From Candidatus Obscuribacterales bacterium (GTDB lineage Bacteria > Cyanobacteriota > Vampirovibrionia > Obscuribacterales > Obscuribacteraceae), in NCBI GenBank assembly GCA_965228855.1, contig CBDDIJ010000005.1:1312001-1376000 (forward strand): a DNA stretch of 64,000 bases, written 5' to 3'. Positions 9,030 through 18,498 of the stretch are shown piece after piece (within the stretch, counting starts at the first letter, position 1; each line of letters begins with the position of its first letter). The notes beneath the pieces are model-generated. The model searched no databases and was not told the origin of the DNA. It saw nothing but the letters and a program-made list of their open reading frames with translations. The position numbers and the translations under genes are program-made.

Positions 9030-10099
9030 TTACTGCCGCGATTTATTAAGGACGTCATCTTTGTACGTCCGTACGGTTTGAAATCCTCGGAAGCACCCGC
9101 ACCAAGGTGCATCAGCACGGCTGAGGTCTTTATCATCTGCTGCGCCAACTTACGTGCTTCCGGATGCTTCGATGACATAACTTTCTTGAGAGGTCCAATC
9201 ACTTCCATTGCGGACAGTGTGGAAAATTCTGAGCAATGCAAGTTCACATCTTCCGTAAGTGCAGTTGTAGAAACACCACGGTGACAGATCATGTCGAGCA
9301 GGTTGACCTCCGCAAAGTCACGCGAGGGGTGGCTGGTTGCATGCATGTGGCGACCAGGTGACAGCGCAACGCGTTTACCGTCAACAAGCAGACAGACAGA
9401 CTCTTTCCCGCGATCATGAAAATCAAAAATCGCAGAACCTTTATCAGAGTTAGCGATCAGCACCACGGCCCCTTCGGAAAGCTTTAGCGTTCCTACTTTG
9501 AGTTCAATCTCCATGTCGCGGTCGGCAATCAGGAGTGCTGTACCAGTTTTAAACACTACGTTTTCTTTTGATTCGACGGACTCTACGCCGCAGCCGGTTT
9601 CACTCTCAGGCAGGGATTTAAAAAGTGCTATCAACTCTGGCGATCCGCAGATGCCGAGGGACGCAACTCTCTGACCTGAACCGATCGAGATAATGTATGA
9701 ATCATCGTCCGCACGACCCAGCATAGAACGATTGCCGCTGTCTGTTTGAGTCAAAAGTGCAACATCATCTTCGGTTCCGATTATCGTGAATTCCGGAGTA
9801 AGCAAATTGAGCTTTTCGCCGAATGCAACGCTATGAGGCTTTGTCATAGTCAAATCACGAGTGACAAGTATCTGATCTGTCTCTGCGCCGAAGCCATAAA
9901 TTACATCTTCCGGTTTGAAAAACTCCGACGTGCCGGCGAAGTGAAGGGTGACCGGCTCCTGGGACTGAACATCTCTTGAAACGGAGCCGCTCAAGGACGC
10001 AGCAAAACAAGCAGGAGATAAGGCTAGTGCGCTCGAGACCCCAATAAGTTGCACCAGACCTAGCGCTGCAATGTTCTTAGTCCTGAATCCGTTCATCAA
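9026..10099 (-). CDS. Hypothetical secreted protein, beta-rich (FecR-like?) domain plus helical C-terminus
   Basis: 357 aa; GAGGAG RBS; signal-like N-terminus. Confidence 0.7.
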   Translation of the reverse strand: MMNGFRTKNIAALGLVQLIGVSSALALSPACFAASLSGSVSRDVQSQEPVTLHFAGTSEFFKPEDVIYGFGAETDQILVTRDLTMTKPHSVAFGEKLNLLTPEFTIIGTEDDVALLTQTDSGNRSMLGRADDDSYIISIGSGQRVASLGICGSPELIALFKSLPESETGCGVESVESKENVVFKTGTALLIADRDMEIELKVGTLKLSEGAVVLIANSDKGSAIFDFHDRGKESVCLLVDGKRVALSPGRHMHATSHPSRDFAEVNLLDMICHRGVSTTALTEDVNLHCSEFSTLSAMEVIGPLKKVMSSKHPEARKLAQQMIKTSAVLMHLGAGASEDFKPYGRTKMTSLINRGSN

Positions 10100-10431
10100 G
10101 AACTCCTCGACAGTTAGCCACTGCCAGACTATCCCGCCTGCAGAAGCAGCTCGGACCGACTAAAACCTGCCTTCAAGCCGGCATAGGTTACAGCCAGAGG
10201 TCCCGCCGGACATAGGGTATCATTTCCGCCGGAGGCTGTCATGAGATCAAAAATTCACTTTTGTCACCGCGCTGTCATTATTGCCGCCTAGAGTTTGGTC
10301 AGCAACCGGCTCAGTCGTGAGTATTTCCACCATTGCTGCCAAAACTCGAATTGCCTAATATGAAATGGCGGTTCAACTTATTGCCTGAAGGCTGGAAACC
10401 ACCCCCTTAAAGAAGAAGGCAGGAAGCAAGC

Positions 10432-10887
10432 ATGTTCGACACAGGAGCAAATCTCAGTCTCACGACTCGACCCCGATTAAGCGAGTCGTCGCTTACGGAA
10501 GATGCTTATCTGTCAGGTATAAAACAGCTTCAAACCGCGCTCGACAGCAAATGCTTCTCGAAGAGCGAGTCTGGAATTCACCTTGTTGGAACAATGGTCC
10601 TTCAAACCTTTCGCCAGGATCGCGACAACTTCGCTAAAGAGTTAACGGATACCTTGAATTCAATGTGTCAAAGCACACAGGCTCGATTTCGAGCTTCCCT
10701 GGCCCTTGGTCCGTCCGCTTACCAGGTACTCAATAGTTTCGCAGCCGAGCGAAATCTAGAAGTCATCTCTGCCGGCTGGCTCGAACTGGTAGACAGCGAA
10801 GAGCGGCAAACAGACAAACGTTTGATAGGTGTGTTCGTGCTTGAAAATGGACGCAGGGGAGTGGGAATCTTTCAAGTTCTGCACTAG
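10432..10887 (+). CDS. Hypothetical protein
   Basis: 151-aa ORF with ATG and purine-rich RBS (AGGAAG). Confidence 0.6.
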   Translation: MFDTGANLSLTTRPRLSESSLTEDAYLSGIKQLQTALDSKCFSKSESGIHLVGTMVLQTFRQDRDNFAKELTDTLNSMCQSTQARFRASLALGPSAYQVLNSFAAERNLEVISAGWLELVDSEERQTDKRLIGVFVLENGRRGVGIFQVLH

Positions 10888-10961
10888 AGACGCCCTCGCA
10901 ATAAAGAAGAGCGAACCGGAGTTCGCTCTTCTAAAATCAATCTTCAAGGTGGGTTGATCGA

Positions 10962-11225
10962 TTACCTGTTGCCGTGAGCTACGCTGCTCAACAGAGACAG
11001 ACCGAAGATCAGTACGCCGGATCCAATGATGGCGGGAAACACTGCTACGCCAGCCAGAACAGGTCCCATGGAACCCATTAACGACGCGCCGACCCAGGCT
11101 CCGATGATACCGAAAACAATAGAGGTCAGGAGTCCGCCAGGGATTCTGCCCGGTACGATGTACTCGGCGATACCTGCACATACTGCGGCTACCAGACAAT
11201 AAAGTAGAAAACCAAGAATACTCAT
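10962..11225 (-). CDS. GlsB/YeaQ/YmgE (transglycosylase-associated) membrane protein
   Basis: Start reassigned to ATG 11225 after GGAGG; IVPGRIPGGLLTSIVFGIIGAWVG...AIIGSGVLI. Confidence 0.88.
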   Translation of the reverse strand: MSILGFLLYCLVAAVCAGIAEYIVPGRIPGGLLTSIVFGIIGAWVGASLMGSMGPVLAGVAVFPAIIGSGVLIFGLSLLSSVAHGNR

Positions 11226-11392
11226 AACTTCCTCCAAAATTCCATTCGCTTCACTCTCATTGCATAGCATGAGGTTTGACTGTTGATGCGAGACTGGCTG
11301 CCGGCACCGTTTTCGAAAGGTGGAGCTAAATAAGTATCAGAACAATCGAGCGCAGCCCACATCCTACCCAGGACTGCGAAACGGAGAAAAGG

Positions 11393-11737
11393 ATGATGAG
11401 AAGCCCAACTAGCGAAACTTATATAAGGATCGATGACCGAGTAGCCCGTCTCAAACTTATAGCTGCTACTTCGCTACTGATAGTCTCAATGATCGCGCTA
11501 GGCGGCTGCAGTGCCCAGGGAGATGGCAGTGTGCTTAAGGTTCAAACTGGTGAAAAGACACTGCTCGACGTTAAGAAAAACCCGGATGATAAGGTGTCAA
11601 TCGACGTTGAGGTTCCCAGGGTGAATTTGCGAGTCCATCAAGAACCAGATTCAAATTCGTTCGACTACTCGACGCGTTCCGATCTGCCACCGCCGGTACA
11701 ACCACAGGCTTCGACCACGCCAGGCGCCGCATACTAG
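11393..11737 (+). CDS. Hypothetical lipoprotein
   Basis: Hydrophobic stretch ending in lipobox-like ALGGC; GGAG RBS. Confidence 0.6.
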   Translation: MMRSPTSETYIRIDDRVARLKLIAATSLLIVSMIALGGCSAQGDGSVLKVQTGEKTLLDVKKNPDDKVSIDVEVPRVNLRVHQEPDSNSFDYSTRSDLPPPVQPQASTTPGAAY

Positions 11738-11821
11738 GTGCGTGGATATTGTTTCAAAAATAGAGTTCTAGCAGTGTCAGAAGCTCAGGCACAGAGTTCG
11801 ACTCGCATACAGTTTTGACCA

Positions 11822-12027
11822 CAGTCAGAAATGACTGACCCCCGGATGAAAGAGACAAGCGCCTTTTGACGCTTGCCTCTTTCTTTGGAAATTTTTTTTC
11901 GAAGTCGCCATTCAAGTAAAAAGAAGAAGAGGCAAAGGTCTTTCGACTTTGCCTCTAAGATCAGCTCCAGACCTTAGTCTCGACTGACCCCGGATGAAAG
12001 AGACAAACGTAAACGTTTGCACTCTCA
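11822..12027. repeat. Duplicated hairpin-linker-hairpin element
   Basis: GACTGACCCC(C)GGATGAAAGAGACAA at 11833-11858 and 11982-12006, each continuing into a hairpin; a third related hairpin AGAGGCAAA...TTTGCCTCT at 11928-11956. Confidence 0.75.
11918..11956 (-). terminator. Probable terminator of the ferritin-like gene
   Basis: Minus strand AGAGGCAAAGTC-GAAA-GACCTTTGCCTCT followed by TCTTCTTTTT. Confidence 0.65.
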
Positions 12028-12045
12028 TGTATTTATGATAACCGA

Positions 12046-12588
12046 CTAGCCTTGCAAAAGGTTGACCAGATCATCAGCGTGTTCTTCTTCAACTGCAAGA
12101 ATGTCTTCGAGCATTCTTCTGGTAGTCGGGTCAGAATCGCCAATGAAGTGAATCATTTCAAGGTAAGAATCAATAGCGATTCTCTCAGCGACAAGATTTT
12201 CTCTGATCATATCTTCCAGCGTCTCGCATTCCACATACTCGGCGTGACTCCTGCCAGATATTGTTCGCGGGTCCATGTCGGGATTACCATGCAACTGGGC
12301 AATACGAGCAGCTAGTTTATCGGCGTGCGCTTGTTCTTCATTCGAGTGAGCGAGAAACTCAGCTGCCACTTCCTCAGAATTCATACCTTTAGCAGTGAAG
12401 TAGTGTTGACGATATCGAAGGACGCATAGCAATTCAGTCGCCAGCGCCTGGCTAAGAAGGTTGAGAATTGTTTCCCTATTACCTTTATATCCCTCGGTCA
12501 CCGGACCGTTTTCAATATCTTTGCGAGCGCGCTCGCGAATGGTTTGGACATCGGTCAAGAATTTTGAATTCTCCGATTTTGTTGCCAT
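12046..12588 (-). CDS. Bacterioferritin-related / DpsL-type ferritin-like protein
   Basis: ATE...EEQAHAD...AERIAIDSY...EEEHADDL di-iron ligands; N-terminal LTDVQTIRERARKDIENGPVTEGY typical of PA4880-like proteins. Confidence 0.9.
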   Translation of the reverse strand: MATKSENSKFLTDVQTIRERARKDIENGPVTEGYKGNRETILNLLSQALATELLCVLRYRQHYFTAKGMNSEEVAAEFLAHSNEEQAHADKLAARIAQLHGNPDMDPRTISGRSHAEYVECETLEDMIRENLVAERIAIDSYLEMIHFIGDSDPTTRRMLEDILAVEEEHADDLVNLLQG

Positions 12589-12984
12589 CAGATTTCTCCT
12601 TCCTTATTTTGAAACAGGTCTGTCAGAAGTTGGCTGAGGACACTCGCCTGCACAACTCTAATAGAAGCTTCCTTGCTTAAAACGTTCAACAAATGATCAC
12701 GTAGCACAGATGGAACTAAGCGAAGTAGTGACTGACATTTTGCGCTCAAACCTTCGAAAAATTTTCGATGAATTGATCTCAGCTTCCCCTCCTTTCAATA
12801 ACAACTGCGTGCAAGCATCGCTACCTTTCGGCGATGCTACACGGCAGACAGGGCCGAACTTCAAAACAAATTGGGGTTCAACTGGGAGATAGTCTGCACA
12901 CGACGATGTGACATGAGCAAATCGCTCGCTATGACGAAGCCTACGTGAGGCCCGAGTGCAGGCTGTAACTACTGGAGGAGAGCA

Positions 12985-13515
12985 ATGAAGAGCACCATCT
13001 TGTTAGCGGCAACCTTGATCCTGTTAGGAGGCTCGGCGGCACCACTTTCAGCTCAGGACGCGAGCGTCGAGCAGAGGCTTGCGGAGACAACGGCAAAAAT
13101 TGACGCGAATCGCCAAGCCGGGAAGATCAGCGTGAAGCAGTCGACAAACCTCCACTCCGAAGCGAAGATTTTGTCGAACAAAATAGAAGAAACCAAATCT
13201 AAAAACCAGGGGCTTTTGAGTGAAGGCGATAAGGTTAAATTCGGAAATAAGGTGAAGGCACTGGACGTCAAAGTAGCCTCCACCGCGAACCCGAAACGGA
13301 CATCCGATGAGAAGTCGCTTGCGACTATTCGCAAGGCAATCATGAAACAAAAAGGATTTTCGACCGAAGCGCAAAACGTAAAGCTCAGTTTTGAGGACGG
13401 CGTTCTGGTCCTTGATGGTTCAGTTAAGACCGAGAAGGAAAAGGAAGATTTGATCAACGTAGCGAAGAACGCCGGCGCATCGCAGGTGAACAGCAAGTTG
13501 TCCGTCGTCCAATAG
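12985..13515 (+). CDS. Secreted BON-domain protein
   Basis: Signal peptide; SDEKSLATIRKAI...VKLSFEDGVLVLDGSV...VNSKLSV; GGAGG RBS. Confidence 0.88.
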   Translation: MKSTILLAATLILLGGSAAPLSAQDASVEQRLAETTAKIDANRQAGKISVKQSTNLHSEAKILSNKIEETKSKNQGLLSEGDKVKFGNKVKALDVKVASTANPKRTSDEKSLATIRKAIMKQKGFSTEAQNVKLSFEDGVLVLDGSVKTEKEKEDLINVAKNAGASQVNSKLSVVQ

Positions 13516-13561
13516 ACGCAAAATCTGGTTACGCGGAGACAGAAAATAAAGGAGAGTTGTA

Positions 13562-14080
13562 ATGTCGAAAGCAGTTATAGGAATAGCGGCAACGCTAACT
13601 CAAGCAGAAACAATTGTGGATAGATTGAAATTGGCTGGGTTCTTTGCAGACCAAGTGTCCATACTAATGCCGGACGTAACAGCAACGACCGAATTTGGTC
13701 ATGAGAACGAAACGAAGGCACCCGAAGGCACCGCCATTGGTGCAACTACCGGGTTTGCAATCGGTGGCGTGCTAGGCTGGCTAGCCGGTATAGGAGCGTT
13801 GGCACTACCGGGATTGGGAGCCTTCATCGCAGCCGGACCAATTATGGCAGCCCTGAGCGGAGCCGCCACTGGCACCGCCATTGGTGGCTTGGTCGGTGGA
13901 CTCAGCGGTCTCGGAATCCCCGAGTACGAGGCGAAACTCTACGAGGGTCGACTGAAAGAAGGGCACATACTGATCGCCGCTCACACCGAAGACCCGGAAA
14001 TGCGACGCCGAGCCGAGGAAATCATGAAAGAGTGCAAAGCCGAGGATGTTCATACCGTCCAGGCCAGCAAAAACGGCTAA
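13562..14080 (+). CDS. General stress protein (YflT/DUF3341-like, Gly-zipper)
   Basis: TKAPEGTAIGATTG...GALALPGLGAFIAAGP...GLGIPEYEAKLYEGRLKEGHILI. Confidence 0.88.
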   Translation: MSKAVIGIAATLTQAETIVDRLKLAGFFADQVSILMPDVTATTEFGHENETKAPEGTAIGATTGFAIGGVLGWLAGIGALALPGLGAFIAAGPIMAALSGAATGTAIGGLVGGLSGLGIPEYEAKLYEGRLKEGHILIAAHTEDPEMRRRAEEIMKECKAEDVHTVQASKNG

Positions 14081-14136
14081 AGCGAAAAGCCTGAGAGCAT
14101 CTCGTGCCTCCATTCCAGGAGACTACACGGGTACAG

Positions 14137-14166
14137 AAGAGGTGGCATTCAGCCACCTCTTTTTTC
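14137..14166 (+). terminator. Rho-independent terminator
   Basis: AAGAGGTGGC-attca-GCCACCTCTT followed by T-run. Confidence 0.85.
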
Positions 14167-14303
14167 GCCTTGATGTGTTAAATGTCATGTTCTGAAACGC
14201 AACACATTTATTTTCAACAGCACTCTTACGGTAGACTTGTCATCTCGCTTTTTATGCCAGCGGTTCTCGCCGTTGGTTCGGTTGCGACTTCCAGGAAGGC
14301 CCT

Positions 14304-15632
14304 ATGGTAACAGTTGTTAAAAGAGAACAGAAAATCATTCGTATCCTGCGCATACGCGTGGTCGATAAGCCCGGATACCTCGGAAAAATTGCCACCAGGA
14401 TTGGCGAACTGGAAGCAAACATAGGCGATGTTTCAATTGCTGGTCAGGGACAGGATTATCTAATTAGAGAAGTAAGCGTTTCGCTCAAAGATGAGGCGCA
14501 TCTACAAAGAATTGTGGATGCTTTAAGTAACCTGGATGGCGTCACCGTTGAAGCAGTAATAGATCCGGTCGAGCAGGCACACAGAGGTGGAAAGATCGGC
14601 ATGAAAAGCCGTGCTCCTCTCGACAGCATTACAGAGATGCGCAAAATTTACACACCTGGCGTCGCACAAATCTGCAAATTGATTCACAAAGATCTTTCTC
14701 AGAGCCGCAACTTTACCTGTATCGGCAATTCAGTTGCGGTGGTAACAAATGGCACTGCTATTTTAGGACTCGGAAATATAGGTCCTGTTGCTGGAATGCC
14801 AGTGATGGAAGGCAAGGCAGTTTTATACGAACAGTTGGTTGGTATCAGCGCCATTCCCATATTAATCGACTCACTCAATGTCGAGGAAATAGTGAATACG
14901 GTAAAAGGAATCAGCCCCACATTTGGTGCCATCCATTTAGAAGACATTGCAGCACCCGAATGCTTTGAAATTGAAAAACGTCTTTCAGACGAACTTTCCA
15001 TACCAGTTCTTCACGACGATCAACATGCTACAGCCGCAGTCGTTTTAGGTGCTTTGATAACAGTAAGTCAAAGAAGCGGTTTTAACCTGCAAGACTGCAG
15101 AGTTGGCATTCTAGGGCTTGGCGCGGCAGGAGCCGGTATTGCGCAACTTTTACGTGACTTCGGCGTCATGGAAATTTTGGGAGCAGATCTAAGAGAAGAT
15201 GCTTGCGAACGCCTGAAGCAGCAAGGTGGAACACCGACAGACCTTACAGGGGTCATGCAGAGCTCAGATATCGTCATAGCAACGACCGGCGTTCCAGGTT
15301 TGATTAAGCCCGAGATGGTTAAAAACGGACAGGTAATTCTCGCGATCTCAAATCCCGATCCGGAAATTGATCCCGAAGTTGCCATCGCTAATGGTGCCAA
15401 GTTTGCAGCAGATGGCAGAACGATAAACAACGCCCTGGCATTCCCCGGTCTCTTCAAAGGCGCATTGCTAGCCGAAGCAAAAGAATTTACCTCTAAAATG
15501 AAAATCGCGGCAGCTCAAGCAATTGCAGGACAGACACGACTGGACGACCTGGTCCCCAGCATACTAGACAAAACCGTCCATGAGCACGTGGCTACCGCCG
15601 TCTCCCTGGCGTACACGCAAAAAAAGAACTAA
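14304..15632 (+). CDS. NAD(P)-dependent malic enzyme with N-terminal ACT domain
   Basis: YTPGVA, VTNGTAILGLGNIGP...PVMEGKA, LEDIAAPECFEIE, HDDQH, GLGAAG, NNALAFPGLF; ACT-like DKPGYLGKIA. Confidence 0.93.
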   Translation: MVTVVKREQKIIRILRIRVVDKPGYLGKIATRIGELEANIGDVSIAGQGQDYLIREVSVSLKDEAHLQRIVDALSNLDGVTVEAVIDPVEQAHRGGKIGMKSRAPLDSITEMRKIYTPGVAQICKLIHKDLSQSRNFTCIGNSVAVVTNGTAILGLGNIGPVAGMPVMEGKAVLYEQLVGISAIPILIDSLNVEEIVNTVKGISPTFGAIHLEDIAAPECFEIEKRLSDELSIPVLHDDQHATAAVVLGALITVSQRSGFNLQDCRVGILGLGAAGAGIAQLLRDFGVMEILGADLREDACERLKQQGGTPTDLTGVMQSSDIVIATTGVPGLIKPEMVKNGQVILAISNPDPEIDPEVAIANGAKFAADGRTINNALAFPGLFKGALLAEAKEFTSKMKIAAAQAIAGQTRLDDLVPSILDKTVHEHVATAVSLAYTQKKN

Positions 15633-15774
15633 CGAACAATCTCGGAAGTTGTCGAATTGCTAAGCGCAAAACCGCTTCCGTTATTTGATTTGGGATTTGT
15701 ACGTACCTGGAAGGAACAAAAAGTTCACGAACCTCAAGCGACCATGCGATTGCTAGTCAGTGGAGGTATGTTGA

Positions 15775-16797
15775 ATGGTACGGACATTCGAGGCAATTGA
15801 AAACGTTTCCAAGCCGGTACAAGAAGATTCTGTAAGCCACTTGCTGTTGGCAGACACGCTTGACCAAGTGCCGAGAAGTCTTGCAGGGCCGCAGTCTAGC
15901 GGACAACATTCTGCACAAGTTGTGCAGTTTAGGCCAGGCGAAGATGACGGTAAATCATCAGCGAGTGAGTCACAGCTGGCCGTGGGGCCAATTCCACTCT
16001 GGCTGTTGGGAGATCGAATTCCGGGAAAAAATCCGGACACACCCGCCGATGCTCGGAAAAAAGAATCAAATTCTCTGTCGAGCACAATAAGGTCAATGGG
16101 CACAACGGGACTAAGCGAGAGGGAAAAAGAGACTGTTCATGCTGCTTTCCACAAGCAGCTGGAGCAAACCAAGGGTCGGCCAGTCGAAGAACGTGCGGCC
16201 CACCTGAGAGCTTTCGTCGATGAGCTGAATACCAATTTGCGAGCTGACAGCAAATATTCATTTACTGAAAGTAACACCGGCATAAAGGACAAACTGTCAT
16301 TCTCACTTGTCGACAAGGGCGAGGGATCACTTCAAGCAGACTTGCCAAAGCGCACCGTATACGACACCATGGAGTATTCTCTATCCAGGGAACCTCAAGC
16401 CGCTGACCATATTCCGGAACCGTCGAAATTGCCGGCTGAGCTCAAATCGGCCTTCGATAATGTCATGAAACAATCGAAGGAGGAGGTGGCAGCACAGAAA
16501 TACACGCCGGCTCTGGACGCAGTGAGCAGAGACCTGGGATTGCATAAACTGAAGACACAAGCAGAATTAAATAAGGCGCTGGGTCTCAATGCCGACTCAC
16601 CCACGAAGGACTATTACGCTCGTCTGGAATCGCTGATGATGTCGAAACTTGGACTAGAAGGACAGGACTATAAAACTAATTTTTCCACTGACGTCAATCG
16701 GAGGTTTTTGGAGATCCTCAAACTGAAGCCGGGAACGGCTACCACTGAGGATGTTTTGAAAGCGTTGCAAGACACAAGGGTTTCCGACAAGAAATAA
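15775..16797 (+). CDS. Hypothetical protein
   Basis: 340-aa ORF with GGAGG RBS; hydrophilic; no recognised motif. Confidence 0.7.
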   Translation: MVRTFEAIENVSKPVQEDSVSHLLLADTLDQVPRSLAGPQSSGQHSAQVVQFRPGEDDGKSSASESQLAVGPIPLWLLGDRIPGKNPDTPADARKKESNSLSSTIRSMGTTGLSEREKETVHAAFHKQLEQTKGRPVEERAAHLRAFVDELNTNLRADSKYSFTESNTGIKDKLSFSLVDKGEGSLQADLPKRTVYDTMEYSLSREPQAADHIPEPSKLPAELKSAFDNVMKQSKEEVAAQKYTPALDAVSRDLGLHKLKTQAELNKALGLNADSPTKDYYARLESLMMSKLGLEGQDYKTNFSTDVNRRFLEILKLKPGTATTEDVLKALQDTRVSDKK

Positions 16798-16869
16798 ACT
16801 CATCGTGCTCCAATAGGCAACGAAACCATTTAGAGATAAAAAGTTTCAATCGCTAGTACGCGAACGCGC

Positions 16870-17427
16870 CTAGCCCTTCTTTATTTGCCAGAAATCTTCA
16901 CCAAGAATGTCCCACGGCAGTCTGTGCTCATCAGGCTCGTGCACATCGAAGAACTGGTTTACGAAGTAAATCATGCTCGCCGGACTGTTCCATACATTCG
17001 CCAAACCGTGAGCAACTCCGCGCGGAATGTAGAGCAACTGAGGACGCCCTCCGCCCATCACAAAACGCATCGAGTTGTTATAAGTCTTTGATTCTTTTCT
17101 TGCATCGAAGAGCCCGATGAGAAGGCGATCGTAAGGGTGAATGAACCAAACATCCTCCTGGTTAAAGTGCAGGTGAAATGCTTTGATTACGCCCGGCATC
17201 ATTTGAGAATAGTTTGACTGACGAACTTTGAAATCCGGAATCTGTGCAAAGTTGCCGTTTTCATCAAGCCGGAGAAGCTCTGTAAAACAGCCGCCATCAT
17301 CCAACATCAGTTTGAGATCGATGAGCTGCACGCCTTCGATGGTGGGTTTCTTCTGGTAATCCTGAACTGACAGACCGCCGATGAAGTCCTGACCAATTTC
17401 GTCTTTTGTAAGTGCTTTTACGCTCAT
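16870..17427 (-). CDS. rmlC: dTDP-4-dehydrorhamnose 3,5-epimerase family
   Basis: DDGGCFTE, GVIKAFHLH, LYIPRGVAHG cupin motifs; follows rmlD; ATG at 17427 preferred over TTG at 17454. Confidence 0.85.
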   Translation of the reverse strand: MSVKALTKDEIGQDFIGGLSVQDYQKKPTIEGVQLIDLKLMLDDGGCFTELLRLDENGNFAQIPDFKVRQSNYSQMMPGVIKAFHLHFNQEDVWFIHPYDRLLIGLFDARKESKTYNNSMRFVMGGGRPQLLYIPRGVAHGLANVWNSPASMIYFVNQFFDVHEPDEHRLPWDILGEDFWQIKKG

Positions 17428-17513
17428 AGCTAGCCGATTTTTCGCCTCGAACAATACTGTTTATCCACTGAACAAGTGCATAGGATAGCAGATTTTGGCT
17501 GATTGCTGCGGGT

Positions 17514-18374
17514 TTAAGCCAGGGTCTTTGTCTTTCGCAACTGCAGATAGGCGTGAAGAGAGTCCTGCCATGTCGGAAGTTCACGCCCGATCGTGTTTAT
17601 AAGAGTAGTCTTGTCCATAACGGAATATTTAGGTCGAGTAGCTGGTCTAGGCATGTCAACAGTTTGGATGGGACTAACCTGCGCTTTCAGGTCCCAAACT
17701 ATCTCTTTGGCAAACTCGTACCAATTGGTGACACCGTCATCAGAAGCGTGATAGACGCCGAATCGCTCGGTGTCGATAAGATCAGCAATGCTTTCTGATA
17801 GGCTCAAAGTACACGTGGGTGAACCAAACTGGTCCGCGACGACTCGCAGTGGCTTACCTTCATTTGCCATAGTCAAGATAGTTTCAACGAAATTCTTTCC
17901 ATTCGGTCCATACAGCCAGCTGGTTCTAACAATGTAAAACCTTCTTAGATGCCGCATTACAGCGCGCTCTCCGGCGAGTTTGGTTTTGCCGTAAATCGAC
18001 AGCGGTTTGGTTTCATCCCATGTCGTATATGGGCGGTTTTTCTCTCCGTCGAAAACATAGTCGGAGCTGACGTACAACAACGGAATGTTTAAGTGATTGC
18101 AGGCAACTGCCAAGTTTTCTGTGCCATACCCATTGATGAAGAAGGCCAGGTCCGGCTCCGACTCCGCCTGGTCCACTTTCGTGTAAGCGGCGCAGTGCAG
18201 AACGAGATCGGGCGTATGTTGGTTAAGTTGATTGACGACCTGCTCGTAATTGGTTACGTCGAGCTTCTCTCTCGGCATCGCGATTACAACGTGACCGCGC
18301 GATTCGAGACATGCCACGAGAGCCTGTCCCAACATGCCACCAGCTCCGGTGACGAGAAGCCGTTTGTCCGCCAT
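17514..18374 (-). CDS. rmlD: dTDP-4-dehydrorhamnose reductase
   Basis: GAGGMLG, AAYTKVDQAE, SSDYVFDG, YGKTKLAGE, DQFGSPT, RPKYS. Confidence 0.95.
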   Translation of the reverse strand: MADKRLLVTGAGGMLGQALVACLESRGHVVIAMPREKLDVTNYEQVVNQLNQHTPDLVLHCAAYTKVDQAESEPDLAFFINGYGTENLAVACNHLNIPLLYVSSDYVFDGEKNRPYTTWDETKPLSIYGKTKLAGERAVMRHLRRFYIVRTSWLYGPNGKNFVETILTMANEGKPLRVVADQFGSPTCTLSLSESIADLIDTERFGVYHASDDGVTNWYEFAKEIVWDLKAQVSPIQTVDMPRPATRPKYSVMDKTTLINTIGRELPTWQDSLHAYLQLRKTKTLA

Positions 18375-18498
18375 TTAAAACTCCGTTTTATTGATGAGTA
18401 GCGAAATGCTTGAGGACATGAGGAATCTACCAATCAAGGAGTATTCTCGTCAGATCCTCAAGCACTTATGCCAACAGCAGGTTGGCACTCGCAATATT

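Noticed and set aside
11763..11790. CAGTGT loop resembling an iron-responsive element near the ferritin gene
   Set aside because: It is on the opposite strand to the ferritin mRNA and lacks the C-bulge plus 5-bp upper stem.
11793..11806. GAGTTCGACTC as a tRNA T-arm
   Set aside because: No cloverleaf, acceptor stem or 5-bp T stem can be built.
11833..11858. Resemblance of GACTGACCCCGGATGAAA to SAM-I riboswitch or hammerhead cores
   Set aside because: SAM-I P1/P3 elements (AUC, GCAACC, GUGC) and the hammerhead CUGANGA are missing; it lies between convergent genes.
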